Positions 20,446 through 29,956 are shown, counted from the first letter of the stretch. The stretch: 43,714 nt of DNA from a bacterium (GCA_017554565.1 JAFZID010000197.1:1-43714), one strand, 5' to 3'. The notes: generated from the sequence alone by a model not told the origin. Translations and numbers: made by a program.

Positions 20446-21825
20446 GTGAACGACTATCAGAGAATGTGGGAGAAAGTCCTGGACCTTGTCCGTCAGACGA
20501 CGGATCCGATGGTCTTCCATGCTTTCTTCTCTTCTGTGCAGCCTGTGTCCTTTACAGATGGACTTTTCTCGATTCAGACCAACAATCCGCTGACGGCGGA
20601 ATATGTGAAGAAGAATCTGGGAACCGTCATTGAGAGCAGTCTCTCGAAGGAAGCCCAGAGAAAAGTGACTCTGCAGGTCATCGTGAAAGATGATCCGGAA
20701 AAAGAAGATGTGACGCCTTCTTTCGAGGAGGAGCAGGAAGTCATCCCTGCGCCGGAAGCAAAAGCGCCGCGCGCCCAGGAACCGCCGAAATTGAACGCCA
20801 ATTACGTTTTCTCAAATTTCATCATCGGCCCTTCCAACCAGTTCGCCCACGCCGCCGCCTACGACGTCGCCCACAATCCCGGAACTTCCTACAATCCGCT
20901 TTTCATCTACGGCGGTTCCGGCCTTGGAAAAACGCACCTTCTGCACGCCATCGGACACGCGATCTACGAAAGGGACAACAGCAAGCGGATCCTCTACATC
21001 ACCTGCGAGAACTTCTGCTCCGATTTCCAGGCCTCTCTTTCCCTGAGGAACAACATCCATTACTTCAGGGAAAAATACCGCTCCAACTACGACGCCATTC
21101 TGATCGACGATATACAGCATCTTTCCCTCGTCAACAAGACGCAGGAAGAATTCTTCAATCTCTTCGAGTATCTCTATTCCAACAAATGCCAGATCGTCAT
21201 GACCTGCGACAAATCCCCGAAGGATCTGAAGAACATTTCCGAACGTCTCATCACGCGTTTCGAATGGGGCGTGGTGGCTGACATCCAGCCCCCTGATTTT
21301 GAGACCAGGCTCGCCATCATCAAGAACAAGTGTCTTTCCCTTGGCTTCGACATCGGCGACGACGTAGGCCGTTTCCTGGCCGAGAAGATCCAGAATCACG
21401 TCAGGGAAATAGAAGGCGTTCTGACCAGGCTCAGCATCTACGCTTCTCTTCAGAACCAGCCCATCTCCATCAAGCTGGCGAAGGAATGCCTGAAGGAATA
21501 CACTTCCGACCAGAACATCTCCATGGACGTCATCAAGAGAGCCGTGGCCGCTTATTTTGACATCAGCATCGCGGATCTCACTTCCAAAAAGCGTCCGAAA
21601 AACATCGCCAAGCCCAGGCAGCTTGCCATGTTCCTCTGCCGCTCCATGACCAACAGCTCCCTTAACGAGATAGCGGCTTCCTTCGGCGGCAAGGACCACA
21701 CCACGGTCCTATACGCCTGCCGCAAGATCGAAGAATGCAAAAACACTGACGACGATCTGAGTTCCCAGATAGACACGCTGAAAAAGTACATCATAAAAAA
21801 TAGAAGAGAAGAGGTAGACCACTAA
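20446..21825 (+). CDS. dnaA: Chromosomal replication initiator DnaA
   Basis: YNPLFIYGGSGLGKTHL, LIDDIQ, RLITRFEWG and GGKDHTTVLYA; GTG start. Confidence 0.98.
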   Translation: MNDYQRMWEKVLDLVRQTTDPMVFHAFFSSVQPVSFTDGLFSIQTNNPLTAEYVKKNLGTVIESSLSKEAQRKVTLQVIVKDDPEKEDVTPSFEEEQEVIPAPEAKAPRAQEPPKLNANYVFSNFIIGPSNQFAHAAAYDVAHNPGTSYNPLFIYGGSGLGKTHLLHAIGHAIYERDNSKRILYITCENFCSDFQASLSLRNNIHYFREKYRSNYDAILIDDIQHLSLVNKTQEEFFNLFEYLYSNKCQIVMTCDKSPKDLKNISERLITRFEWGVVADIQPPDFETRLAIIKNKCLSLGFDIGDDVGRFLAEKIQNHVREIEGVLTRLSIYASLQNQPISIKLAKECLKEYTSDQNISMDVIKRAVAAYFDISIADLTSKKRPKNIAKPRQLAMFLCRSMTNSSLNEIAASFGGKDHTTVLYACRKIEECKNTDDDLSSQIDTLKKYIIKNRREEVDH

Positions 21826-21835
21826 CTTTTCTTAA

Positions 21836-21868
21836 AAGACGGCTCCGAAAAAAGGAGCCGTTTTTTTT
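21836..21868 (+). terminator. Rho-independent terminator after dnaA
   Basis: ACGGCTCC-loop-GGAGCCGT hairpin followed by a T-run. Confidence 0.8.
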
Positions 21869-21889
21869 ATGTCTATTTTTCTCTTTTTC

Positions 21890-22180
21890 TTATCTACAAC
21901 TTACTCACAAATTACTAATAAGTAAAAAAAATAGCGATAAGCTGTGAATAAAATGCGAAGAATTTTCCCCGCTTTTCCACATGTTGAAAACCTCCCCCTT
22001 TTTTCACTTTTCTATTCACAGCTTTTCAACCGCACATATTGACACAACTGTTTGCAAAAACTAAATTTATATTTTTATCTACTTAATTCAACAAGCATAA
22101 TGATAATAATAAATAAAGATATTTAAAGATATTTTTTTATTCCTGAAGGTGAAAAAATACAAGCGCTCTTTTTATCAACA
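21890..22180. other. oriC part 2: degenerate DnaA boxes, DnaA-trio-like repeats and AT-rich unwinding element
   Basis: TTATCTACA 21890, TGTGAATAA 21943, TTTTCCACA 21973, TGTTGAAAA 21982, CTATTCACA 22012, TTATCTACT 22075 and TTATCAACA 22172. TAA/TGA triplet run at 22098-22112, then AT-rich DNA. Confidence 0.85.
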
Positions 22181-22197
22181 GACTTTTAGGAGCTTCC

Positions 22198-22227
22198 TTG
22201 TCAGCGAAGAGGAAAATATGCTAGAAT
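22198..22227 (+). promoter_or_regulatory. Putative dnaN promoter
   Basis: TTGTCA, 18-bp spacer, TAGAAT with extended TG. Confidence 0.55.
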
Positions 22228-22265
22228 AGGATAATAAAAATTTAACCTTTTACCTTTTCCTTTTT

Positions 22266-23360
22266 ATGAAATTTACATGCGCTATCTCCGACCTGCGCGA
22301 CGCCGTGCAGCTTTTGCAGCCAGTTTGTTCCAATAAACCGGCTTTCCCCATCGTGGCCAACATTCTCATCAAGACCGGCGAAAATTTCGTCGAGCTGGTT
22401 GGAACGGATCTGGACATCACCATCAAGACTTCCATTGAAGCGACTGTGGAAAGCCCCGGCGAGACCACCGTTCCCGTCCGCTACATGAGGGACACGCTTG
22501 TCAAGATCAAAAACGTCGCCCAGATCAACGTTGAAGTCGACGACAACAACGTTATAAAAATCACCGCCGGCGAAAGGATCAAATGTAATTTAAGAGGCAT
22601 GGCCGCGGCGGATTTCCCCACTTTCCCCGTTCTGAGCGAATGCGAGACCGTGACGATCCCAGTCAAGGAATTTTCCAAGATGCTTCGCTACACCGGCTAC
22701 GCCATGTCTCATGACGAACAGAGATACATTCTCAACGGCATCTGCCTCAGTTTCGGCGAGCAGCTCGACGTGGTGGCCACGGACGGGCGCCGTCTGGCGA
22801 AATACACGCTTCCCGAAGTGAAGAGCGAAAAAATGAGCCAGATAATAATCCCCACCAAAGCCATCAACATGATGCAGCAGCTGCTTATGGGCGAGGATCC
22901 CGTGGCGGTCCGCTTCTCCTCCTCCCAGGTGGAGATCACCGTTGGCAGGAACACGCTGGTGGCCAGGCTTATGGACGGCCATTATCCCGATTACAAACAG
23001 GTTCTTCCCAAGACCAAGAGTTTCTCCCTTACGCTCAATTCCGGCGATTTCTCCAACGCCGTCGAGCTTGCTTCCGTGGTCACCGACAAGAACAAACAGG
23101 GCGTGGTGAAACTGAGCCTCGCTTCCGGCAAGATGAAAGTTTCCGCCCAGACCGCCGAGATCGGCGAGAACAGCGCGGAACTGGAGACCGAATACGCCGG
23201 AGATCCCATGGACATCTCCTTCAACCCCACTTATCTCATGGACGTCTTCCGCAACATCGACGAAACGGAAGTCACCATGGACGTCATCAACCCGGTCAGC
23301 CCCACGGTCATCAAGACCAACGAGAACTTCATCAGCATCATAATGCCGATGCGCTTCTGA
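22266..23360 (+). CDS. dnaN: DNA polymerase III beta sliding clamp
   Basis: GTDLD, VATDGRRLA, G.YPDY, FNP.YL.D and C-terminal IIMPMR; follows dnaA. Confidence 0.97.
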   Translation: MKFTCAISDLRDAVQLLQPVCSNKPAFPIVANILIKTGENFVELVGTDLDITIKTSIEATVESPGETTVPVRYMRDTLVKIKNVAQINVEVDDNNVIKITAGERIKCNLRGMAAADFPTFPVLSECETVTIPVKEFSKMLRYTGYAMSHDEQRYILNGICLSFGEQLDVVATDGRRLAKYTLPEVKSEKMSQIIIPTKAINMMQQLLMGEDPVAVRFSSSQVEITVGRNTLVARLMDGHYPDYKQVLPKTKSFSLTLNSGDFSNAVELASVVTDKNKQGVVKLSLASGKMKVSAQTAEIGENSAELETEYAGDPMDISFNPTYLMDVFRNIDETEVTMDVINPVSPTVIKTNENFISIIMPMRF

Positions 23361-23390
23361 TATTTTTGACCAGGTCAACGCAAAAAGAAA

Positions 23391-23418
23391 AGAAGACCGC
23401 CGGAAGGCGGTTTTCTTC
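23391..23418 (+). terminator. Rho-independent terminator after dnaN
   Basis: AGAAGACCGCC-ggaa-GGCGGTTTTCT hairpin. Confidence 0.65.
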
Positions 23419-23455
23419 TCTCTAAAGGAAAAACAAGAGCCCCGCTGCGAAAAAA

Positions 23456-23743
23456 ATGAGCAAGAACCCCTTTAAGAAAAGCGACGAGCTGGTGGAGGAT
23501 TTCCTCAAAGACATCCTGGGCGACGAAAAGGGAGCCTTCATAAAGATCAGGGACGGCTGGAAGGAAAGCGTCGGCGAAGAGCTGGCCAAACACACCGAGC
23601 CGGAGGAGTTCAACAAGGGGATCCTGTACGTCAAGGTCACCGGCGCCATCTGGCGCAAAGAGCTTAAAATGACCGCCGGCAGAAAAGTGGAGGAGGTCCT
23701 GAAAGTCAAGTTCCCCATGTTGAAGAAGGTTGTCTGGCGATGA
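23456..23743 (+). CDS. dciA: DUF721/DciA family helicase-operating protein
   Basis: W...VG..LA.HT.P..F.KGILYV.V....W..EL pattern; typical position after dnaN. Confidence 0.8.
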   Translation: MSKNPFKKSDELVEDFLKDILGDEKGAFIKIRDGWKESVGEELAKHTEPEEFNKGILYVKVTGAIWRKELKMTAGRKVEEVLKVKFPMLKKVVWR

Positions 23744-24303
23744 AGGAAAAGATCCTGCTGGCTTGTTTCGACGTCTTCCGGGACGAGGAAGTCTGCCGCT
23801 CCCGGGAAGCGTTTCTCTGGCTCAAAAAAAAGAAAAGCGATGATTTCGCGGCCAGGCTCCTGACCGTAGGCTGGGAAGAAAACCGCAGGGAGACCGAGGA
23901 GATCGCCGGGGAGAATTGGCGGGCCGTCGTCCTTCTCGGCAACGGCCGGGGCGGCGAGCACAAGATAGAAAAACTGGGCTTGAACGCCCAGGGCACGAAC
24001 ATATTGGACAACCAAAGCGAAAGGTGCGGCCGGGACGTCATCATACAAGAAGGCAAAGCGGCCTATTTTTCTGTTTGGGACACGGAGAAGCTGCTGGAAG
24101 AAATGCGCGGATCCGGCATCCCCTGCCAGATCTCCTATTATCCCGGGCTTTTTCTTTGCAACGGTTCTCTTTACCGCTTGCTGCACCACGAGAGCAAAAA
24201 AGAGCGCAAACGGCCCACGCTGCTTCTGCACCTGAGCCCGGAGCGGGACATAGAAAAAGATCTGCCCGGCATCCTGGAGTCTCTGAAGCGCTCGCTCCCC
24301 TAG
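23740..24303 (+). CDS. pcp: Pyroglutamyl-peptidase I (C15) family protein, divergent
   Basis: IEKLGLN (Glu), PGLFLCN (Cys) and LLHL (His) match the catalytic triad contexts. Confidence 0.7.
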   Translation: MKEKILLACFDVFRDEEVCRSREAFLWLKKKKSDDFAARLLTVGWEENRRETEEIAGENWRAVVLLGNGRGGEHKIEKLGLNAQGTNILDNQSERCGRDVIIQEGKAAYFSVWDTEKLLEEMRGSGIPCQISYYPGLFLCNGSLYRLLHHESKKERKRPTLLLHLSPERDIEKDLPGILESLKRSLP

Positions 24304-24344
24304 ATCTGGCTCTCTAAAAGGCCCATTCAATATCTGGCGCGATC

Positions 24345-24353
24345 TGCTATAAT
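24345..24353 (+). promoter_or_regulatory. Extended -10 promoter of nadB (probably leaderless)
   Basis: TGCTATAAT ends 7 nt before the ATG at 24361; no Shine-Dalgarno. Confidence 0.6.
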
Positions 24354-24360
24354 TAATTAT

Positions 24361-25923
24361 ATGAAAGAAAAAAATTACGAAACGGACGTTCTCGTCATCG
24401 GCTGCGGGGTAGGCGGCGCCGTTACGGCGCTGGCCGCGGCGGACAACGGCTGCAAAGTCATAATGCTATCCCGCAAGGAAGGCGTGGAGGACACCTCCAC
24501 GGTCCGCGCCCAGGGCGGCATTATCTACAAAGGAAAGCTTCCGCCGGAGGAGCTGGGCAAGGACATCCAGACCGCCGGTTGCGGCCGCTGCTGGCAGAAA
24601 GCCGTGGATCATATGACGAAGGTCGGCCCGGAATTGGTGGACAAATGGCTGGTCCAGCGGTCCGGCGTGAAATTTGACGAAGGCAAAGACGGCTACGACC
24701 TGACCAGGGAGGGCGGACACGGGGAGCCCAGGATCGCCCACTGCCGGGACAAAACGGGCTACGACATCGCCCACTGTCTTTTCGACACCGCCAAAAAGCA
24801 TCCCAACATCACGATTTTGGAAGACGCCACGGCCATCGATCTGTTGACCACCACGCACCATTCCATCGATCCCCAGGATCTTTACACGCCCACGGAATGC
24901 TTCGGGGCTTACGTTCTCCTGAACAAGCCCCACGAGATCGTGGAGATCTACGCCAAGGAAACGGTCTTGGCCACCGGCGGACTGGGACGCATTTACCTGC
25001 ACACCACCAACAACGAGAGCGCCCGGGGCGACGGCTACGCCATGGCCTACCGCGCCGGCGCCAGGCTCCTCAACATGGAGTTCGTGCAGTTCCACCCCAC
25101 CACCTTGTACCTTGAAGGCGCCAGGAATTTCCTGATCACCGAGTCCCTCAGGGGCGAGGGCGCCATCCTGAAGGACCGTCACGGCCGCACCTTCGCGGAG
25201 CACTACCACGCCATGGGATCCCTGGCCCCCAGGGACATCGTGGCCCGGGCCATCCACCATGAGATGCTGAAAGAGCAGCAGAACTGCATGTACCTTGACA
25301 TCTCCTTCAAGGACAGCGAGTGGCTGAAAGAGCGCTTCCCCACCATCTACCAGAACTGCCTGCAGTTCGGGATAGACATCACCAAGGAGCCCATCCCCAT
25401 CGTGCCGGCCGCCCACTATTCCTGCGGCGGCGTGCTGGTGGACCTTAAGGCGAGGTCTTCCATCGACAGGCTGCGGGCGGTGGGCGAAGTCAGCTGCACC
25501 GGCATCCACGGCGCCAACAGGCTTGCTTCCACTTCCCTTCTGGAAGCCGTCATCTGGGGCGCCTGCGCCGGCGAGGACATCGCCAGGAGAGTCGCGGAAA
25601 AGAAAGACTGGGCCTTCCCGGTCATCAACCGCTGGAAGGAGGAGACCGAGCCCGTGGAGACCGCCATGATCAAGCAGGACTGGATGACCATCCGGCAGAC
25701 CATGTGGAACTACGTGGGATTGGTGAGGAGCCCCAAAAGGCTCCATCGCGCCAAACTCATTTTAAGGGAACTGCAGAACGAGACGGAAACTTTTTACCGC
25801 CGGGCGGCTTTGACCGACATGATCATCGGCTTGCGCAACGGTTTGCAGTCCGCCATGCTGGTCCTTTATTCCGCCATCCTGAACCCCAGGAGCAGCGGGT
25901 GTCATTACATTGAGAACGATTAA
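24361..25923 (+). CDS. nadB: L-aspartate oxidase
   Basis: AQGGI, REGGH..RI.H..D.TG, MEFVQFHPT, LITESLRGEG, LAPRDIVAR, AAHY.CGG and HGANRLASTSLLE. Confidence 0.95.
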   Translation: MKEKNYETDVLVIGCGVGGAVTALAAADNGCKVIMLSRKEGVEDTSTVRAQGGIIYKGKLPPEELGKDIQTAGCGRCWQKAVDHMTKVGPELVDKWLVQRSGVKFDEGKDGYDLTREGGHGEPRIAHCRDKTGYDIAHCLFDTAKKHPNITILEDATAIDLLTTTHHSIDPQDLYTPTECFGAYVLLNKPHEIVEIYAKETVLATGGLGRIYLHTTNNESARGDGYAMAYRAGARLLNMEFVQFHPTTLYLEGARNFLITESLRGEGAILKDRHGRTFAEHYHAMGSLAPRDIVARAIHHEMLKEQQNCMYLDISFKDSEWLKERFPTIYQNCLQFGIDITKEPIPIVPAAHYSCGGVLVDLKARSSIDRLRAVGEVSCTGIHGANRLASTSLLEAVIWGACAGEDIARRVAEKKDWAFPVINRWKEETEPVETAMIKQDWMTIRQTMWNYVGLVRSPKRLHRAKLILRELQNETETFYRRAALTDMIIGLRNGLQSAMLVLYSAILNPRSSGCHYIEND

Positions 25924-25948
25924 CTAAAAACGCCGAGGAACAAACATT

Positions 25949-27100
25949 ATGCACTACCAAATAGCGCCTCACGGCAATGAATTGATAAACCGCGTCCTCA
26001 CCGGGGCGCAGAGAGACTTTTGGCAGGAAAAGGCGGAATCTTTGCCCAGCATTACGTTGGACAAAAGGAAAGTTTACGACGTCATGATGATCGCGGACGG
26101 CGCCTACAGCCCCCTGGAGGGCTTCATGGGCTCCGAGGACTACACCAGCGTCCTCAACAAGATGCGCCTGGCCTCCGGCCTGCCCTGGCCAATCCCCATC
26201 GTATTGGGCGTCCATCCCGACAGAGCGGACGAATTCGACGTTTACGGTCACATAGCCCTCAAGGACAAGACCGGCCTGACGCTGGCCATTTTGCATCTTA
26301 CGGAAAAATACAAAGTCAACAAGGATCTTGAGCTGGCTAAGATCTACCGCACCACCAACCCGGACCACCCCAGCGTCAAATATCTCCTGGAGGAAAGGGG
26401 CGACGTTTTGCTGGCCGGCCCCATCGACGTCATCAACCGTCCGGCGGACGACTTCTTCGACACCAACCGCATGACGCCGGCCCAGACCAGGCGCATTTTC
26501 AAGGAACACGGCTGGAGCAGGATCGTGGGTTTCCAGACACACAATCCCATTTTGAGAAGCCACGAATACATGATCAAGACCGCCCTGGAGCTTTGCGACG
26601 GTCTGCTCCTGCATCCCCTGCGCTCCACCCCGCACGCCAACGCCGTGCCCACGGAGCTCAGGATGAAGTGCTACGAGACATTCATAGAAAATTATCTTCC
26701 CGAGGAGCGGGTGCAGCTGGCGGTCTTCCCCATGACCCAGCGCTTCGCCGGCCCCAGGGAGACGGTCCTTCACGCCATCGTGCACAAGAATTACGGCTGC
26801 TCGCATTTCATCGTGGGCTACGACCACGCCGGCTGGAAGGATTACTACAACGCCATCGACACCACCAGGATCTTCAGGAATTTCGGGCCTACGGAGCTTG
26901 GCATCCAGCCCATGTTCTTCGACAGAGTCGTCTATTGCAAGAAGTGCCGCGCCATGGTCACCGCCAAGACCTGCCCCCACAGCAGCGGCGACTACGTCAG
27001 CCTCACCTGCACGGAAGTCAGGGAAATGCGCCAGAAGGGCATGCCCATGCCGGAGGAATTCATTCGTCCCGAGATCGCGGAACTGTTGATGATGAAGTAA
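25949..27100 (+). CDS. sat: Sulfate adenylyltransferase (Sat) homolog with degenerate catalytic motifs
   Basis: G.YSPLEGFM, WPIPIVL, HP.V, AGPRE, NYGCSHFIVG.DHAG and Zn site YCKKC..CPH. QTRN/HxxH/GRD motifs are altered. Confidence 0.85.
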   Translation: MHYQIAPHGNELINRVLTGAQRDFWQEKAESLPSITLDKRKVYDVMMIADGAYSPLEGFMGSEDYTSVLNKMRLASGLPWPIPIVLGVHPDRADEFDVYGHIALKDKTGLTLAILHLTEKYKVNKDLELAKIYRTTNPDHPSVKYLLEERGDVLLAGPIDVINRPADDFFDTNRMTPAQTRRIFKEHGWSRIVGFQTHNPILRSHEYMIKTALELCDGLLLHPLRSTPHANAVPTELRMKCYETFIENYLPEERVQLAVFPMTQRFAGPRETVLHAIVHKNYGCSHFIVGYDHAGWKDYYNAIDTTRIFRNFGPTELGIQPMFFDRVVYCKKCRAMVTAKTCPHSSGDYVSLTCTEVREMRQKGMPMPEEFIRPEIAELLMMK

Positions 27101-27101
27101 A

Positions 27102-28319
27102 ATGCCGAAGGTCTTTACTCACGCGACGGGCTGCAAGATAAGCTACTGCGACACGAAGGAAGCGGAGGAGCTTTTTTGCGCGGCGGGCTGGGAGATCGCC
27201 AAACAGCCGGAGGAAGCGGATCTTTTCCTTCTGACGGCCTGCACGGTGACCCAGAAAGCGGACGCCGACTTGAGAAAGGCCGCAAGGCAGCTGAAAAACA
27301 AAAACCCCCGGGCGGAGCTTTGGATCTACGGCTGCTGGGCCAGGGTGGCGGAGAAACACGAGCCCCTGGACCGGGCGGACGCGGTGGTAAAAAGCAAGGA
27401 AGAGCTGGAAGCTCTCCTGGCGGAAAGGAAAGGCGAAGCGCAAGCCAAGCCGGAATTGGAAAGGAACAGGATCTTTGTAAAAGTTCAGGACGGCTGCGAC
27501 CGCTACTGCGCCTACTGCATCGTGCCCTTCGCCCGAGGCAACCCCAGGAGCATGCCCTATGAGGAAATAAAGGGCCGCGTCCTGGAGGCGGAAAGCCTCG
27601 GCCTCAAGGAATGCGTGCTCTCCGGGATCCATCTGGCTTCCTGGCGGGACGGCGAAAAAGACATCGCCGATCTCTGCGCCGCGCTTCTTAAGGACACCTC
27701 CATCCCGCGCCTGCGGATAAGCTCCCTGGACGTGACGGGAGCCGGAGAGAAATTAAGGAAGCTGATGCGGGAGGAGAAAAGGCTCATGCCGCACCTGCAC
27801 ATTCCCCTGCAGTCCGGCAGCGACCGCGTCCTCAGGCTCATGAACCGCCCGCTCGAAAGAGCGCAGCTCCTGGACGCCATGCAAGCTTTCCTGACGGAAG
27901 TTCCCTCTATGATGCTCTCCACGGACATCATCGTGGGCTTCCCGGGAGAAACGGAAGAGGACTTTCAGGAGACCTTGTCCTTCGTAAAGGAGATCCCCTT
28001 CGGCAAGATCCACTACTTCCCCTATTCCCCGCGGCCTGGCACGGCGGCGGCGAAAAGAGTGAAAGACTTCGTTCCGGAAAAAGTGAAGAAGGAGAGGGAA
28101 GAGCGGCTGCGCCAAGCGGCGGCGGAAGCCGCCAGGATCTGCCGGGAGCCTTTTCAGGGTCAGAGCTTCCAGGTCCTGACGGAGACAAAAGGGCCTTCCG
28201 GCTGGCTGGGCTTCACAGAAAATTACTTAAGGGTCTGCTCAAAGAAGGCTGATCTCAAGGCCAACGAGATAGCGACCCTCACCATAGACGGTAAAGAGAC
28301 AGAATTTATTCCTCAATAA
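27102..28319 (+). CDS. mtaB: tRNA methylthiotransferase MtaB (radical SAM, MiaB family)
   Basis: GCK, CTVT..AD, KVQDGCDRYCAYCIVP.ARG, SGIHL, IVGFPGET, FPYSPRPGT.A and G.TENY. Confidence 0.88.
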   Translation: MPKVFTHATGCKISYCDTKEAEELFCAAGWEIAKQPEEADLFLLTACTVTQKADADLRKAARQLKNKNPRAELWIYGCWARVAEKHEPLDRADAVVKSKEELEALLAERKGEAQAKPELERNRIFVKVQDGCDRYCAYCIVPFARGNPRSMPYEEIKGRVLEAESLGLKECVLSGIHLASWRDGEKDIADLCAALLKDTSIPRLRISSLDVTGAGEKLRKLMREEKRLMPHLHIPLQSGSDRVLRLMNRPLERAQLLDAMQAFLTEVPSMMLSTDIIVGFPGETEEDFQETLSFVKEIPFGKIHYFPYSPRPGTAAAKRVKDFVPEKVKKEREERLRQAAAEAARICREPFQGQSFQVLTETKGPSGWLGFTENYLRVCSKKADLKANEIATLTIDGKETEFIPQ

Positions 28320-28322
28320 GCT

Positions 28323-29003
28323 ATGTGGCAAAAAACCAAAGATTTTTTCACCGACCTCCTGTACAGAGTGATCTACTTTTTCGGCTGGTGCGGATTTAGG
28401 CTCCTTTTCTGCATCGGGCACAGGTACAGGATCCACCGCACCGACAGGAAGAAGGCTCTGAAGGGCAGGAAGCAGGGAGTGCTCGTGGTGGCCAACCACG
28501 CCAGCTTCCTGGATCCCGGGATCGTCGGCATCATCTTCTTCCACCGCATCTGGTACCTGGCCAGACAGTCGCTTTTTGAGAACAAGTCTTTCGCCTGGCT
28601 CATCACCGCCGTTGGCGCGCTCCCCATTTCCAGGGAAAAGCTTGACCTTGCCACCCTGCGCCAGGTCAAGACCTACATAGAAGAGGGCCGCGACGTTCTG
28701 CTCTTCCCGGAAGGAACGAGAACGGACGACGGCGAGCTGCAGCCCGGCCAGGCCGGCGTCGGCTTCTTCGCGGACAAAGTGAAGGCGGACATCCTCCCCG
28801 TCTATGTCAAAGGCTCCTTCGAATCCTGGCCCAAGAGCGGAGAATATCACTTCGCCAAGCTTGATTCCATCGTCGGCGACCTGATCCCCTACGAACACTG
28901 GCAGACGCTGCCCAACGGCCGCGAGCGCTACCAAATGATCGCCGACGGCATCATGGAAAAACTCGCGGAACTGAAAAAGGAACTGGAAGAAATAAAGAAG
29001 TGA
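28323..29003 (+). CDS. plsC: 1-acyl-sn-glycerol-3-phosphate acyltransferase
   Basis: NHASFLD and FPEGTR motifs. Confidence 0.88.
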   Translation: MWQKTKDFFTDLLYRVIYFFGWCGFRLLFCIGHRYRIHRTDRKKALKGRKQGVLVVANHASFLDPGIVGIIFFHRIWYLARQSLFENKSFAWLITAVGALPISREKLDLATLRQVKTYIEEGRDVLLFPEGTRTDDGELQPGQAGVGFFADKVKADILPVYVKGSFESWPKSGEYHFAKLDSIVGDLIPYEHWQTLPNGRERYQMIADGIMEKLAELKKELEEIKK

Positions 29004-29956
29004 AGGAAAGACAGGGCATACTTTTCCTCGGCACGCCCCCCATGGCGGCCGACTGCCTGAAAAGGCTCATAAAGGACGGAAGACCGGTCACGGCGGTCAT
29101 CACCCAGCCGGACCGGCCGGTGGGCCGGCACCGGATCGTAACGCCCAGTCCCGTCAAGCAAGCCGCAGAAGAAGCCGGCATCAGCGTTTACACCCCGGAA
29201 AGCCTGAAGACCGAAGAAGTCAAAGCGCTTTTCGAGGAGCTTTCTCCCAAGGTCGCCGTGATCGTGGCCTACGGCAAGATCATCCCCGCGAACCTTCTTA
29301 CCATCCCGGAAAGCTTCATCAATCTGCATTTCTCGCTTCTTCCCCTCTACCGGGGCGCCGCCCCGGTGCAGCGAGCCCTCTATGACGGCAGGACGGTGAC
29401 GGGCGTCTCCATCCAGTACCTGTCGCCAAAATTAGACGCCGGCGACATCATTGCCGAGGCTCCCTTCACAATAAACCCCAAAGACACCACTGAGACGCTT
29501 TGGGAGCGTTCTGTGGCCATCGGAGCGTCGCTTCTGACCAGAGTGGCCGCCAGTCTTCTGGAAGGCCGCCTCCCGGCCACCCCCCAGGACGAATCGAAAG
29601 CCACCTACGCCGCCAAGATGTGCCGCGAGGACGGCTTCATCGACTGGACCTGGAGCGCCAAGATGATCCACGATCACATCAGGGCCTGCAACCCCTGGCC
29701 CGGCGCCGTGACCTGGCGCAAAGGCAAGGAGATCAAGCTCTGGAAAAGCGAGTGGCCCGTCCCCGACCCCGGCCCCCTGGGCATCCCGGGAGAAATAACC
29801 GTCGCCAAAAAAGAACTTTTCATTTCCGCCAGGGACGGCTTCATTAAAATAACGGAGCTTCAGCCCGCCGGCGGAGCCCGCCAGACGGCGGAAGCCTTCG
29901 TCGCCGGCCTCCGGGGCGAAAAAGTTTATCTGGAAAACAAGCCAGAGGGAATCTGA
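29000..29956 (+). CDS. fmt: Methionyl-tRNA formyltransferase
   Basis: FLGTP, TQPDRP.GR, INLHFSLLP.YRGAAPVQ, LDAGDI and PWPGA. Confidence 0.96.
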   Translation: MKERQGILFLGTPPMAADCLKRLIKDGRPVTAVITQPDRPVGRHRIVTPSPVKQAAEEAGISVYTPESLKTEEVKALFEELSPKVAVIVAYGKIIPANLLTIPESFINLHFSLLPLYRGAAPVQRALYDGRTVTGVSIQYLSPKLDAGDIIAEAPFTINPKDTTETLWERSVAIGASLLTRVAASLLEGRLPATPQDESKATYAAKMCREDGFIDWTWSAKMIHDHIRACNPWPGAVTWRKGKEIKLWKSEWPVPDPGPLGIPGEITVAKKELFISARDGFIKITELQPAGGARQTAEAFVAGLRGEKVYLENKPEGI

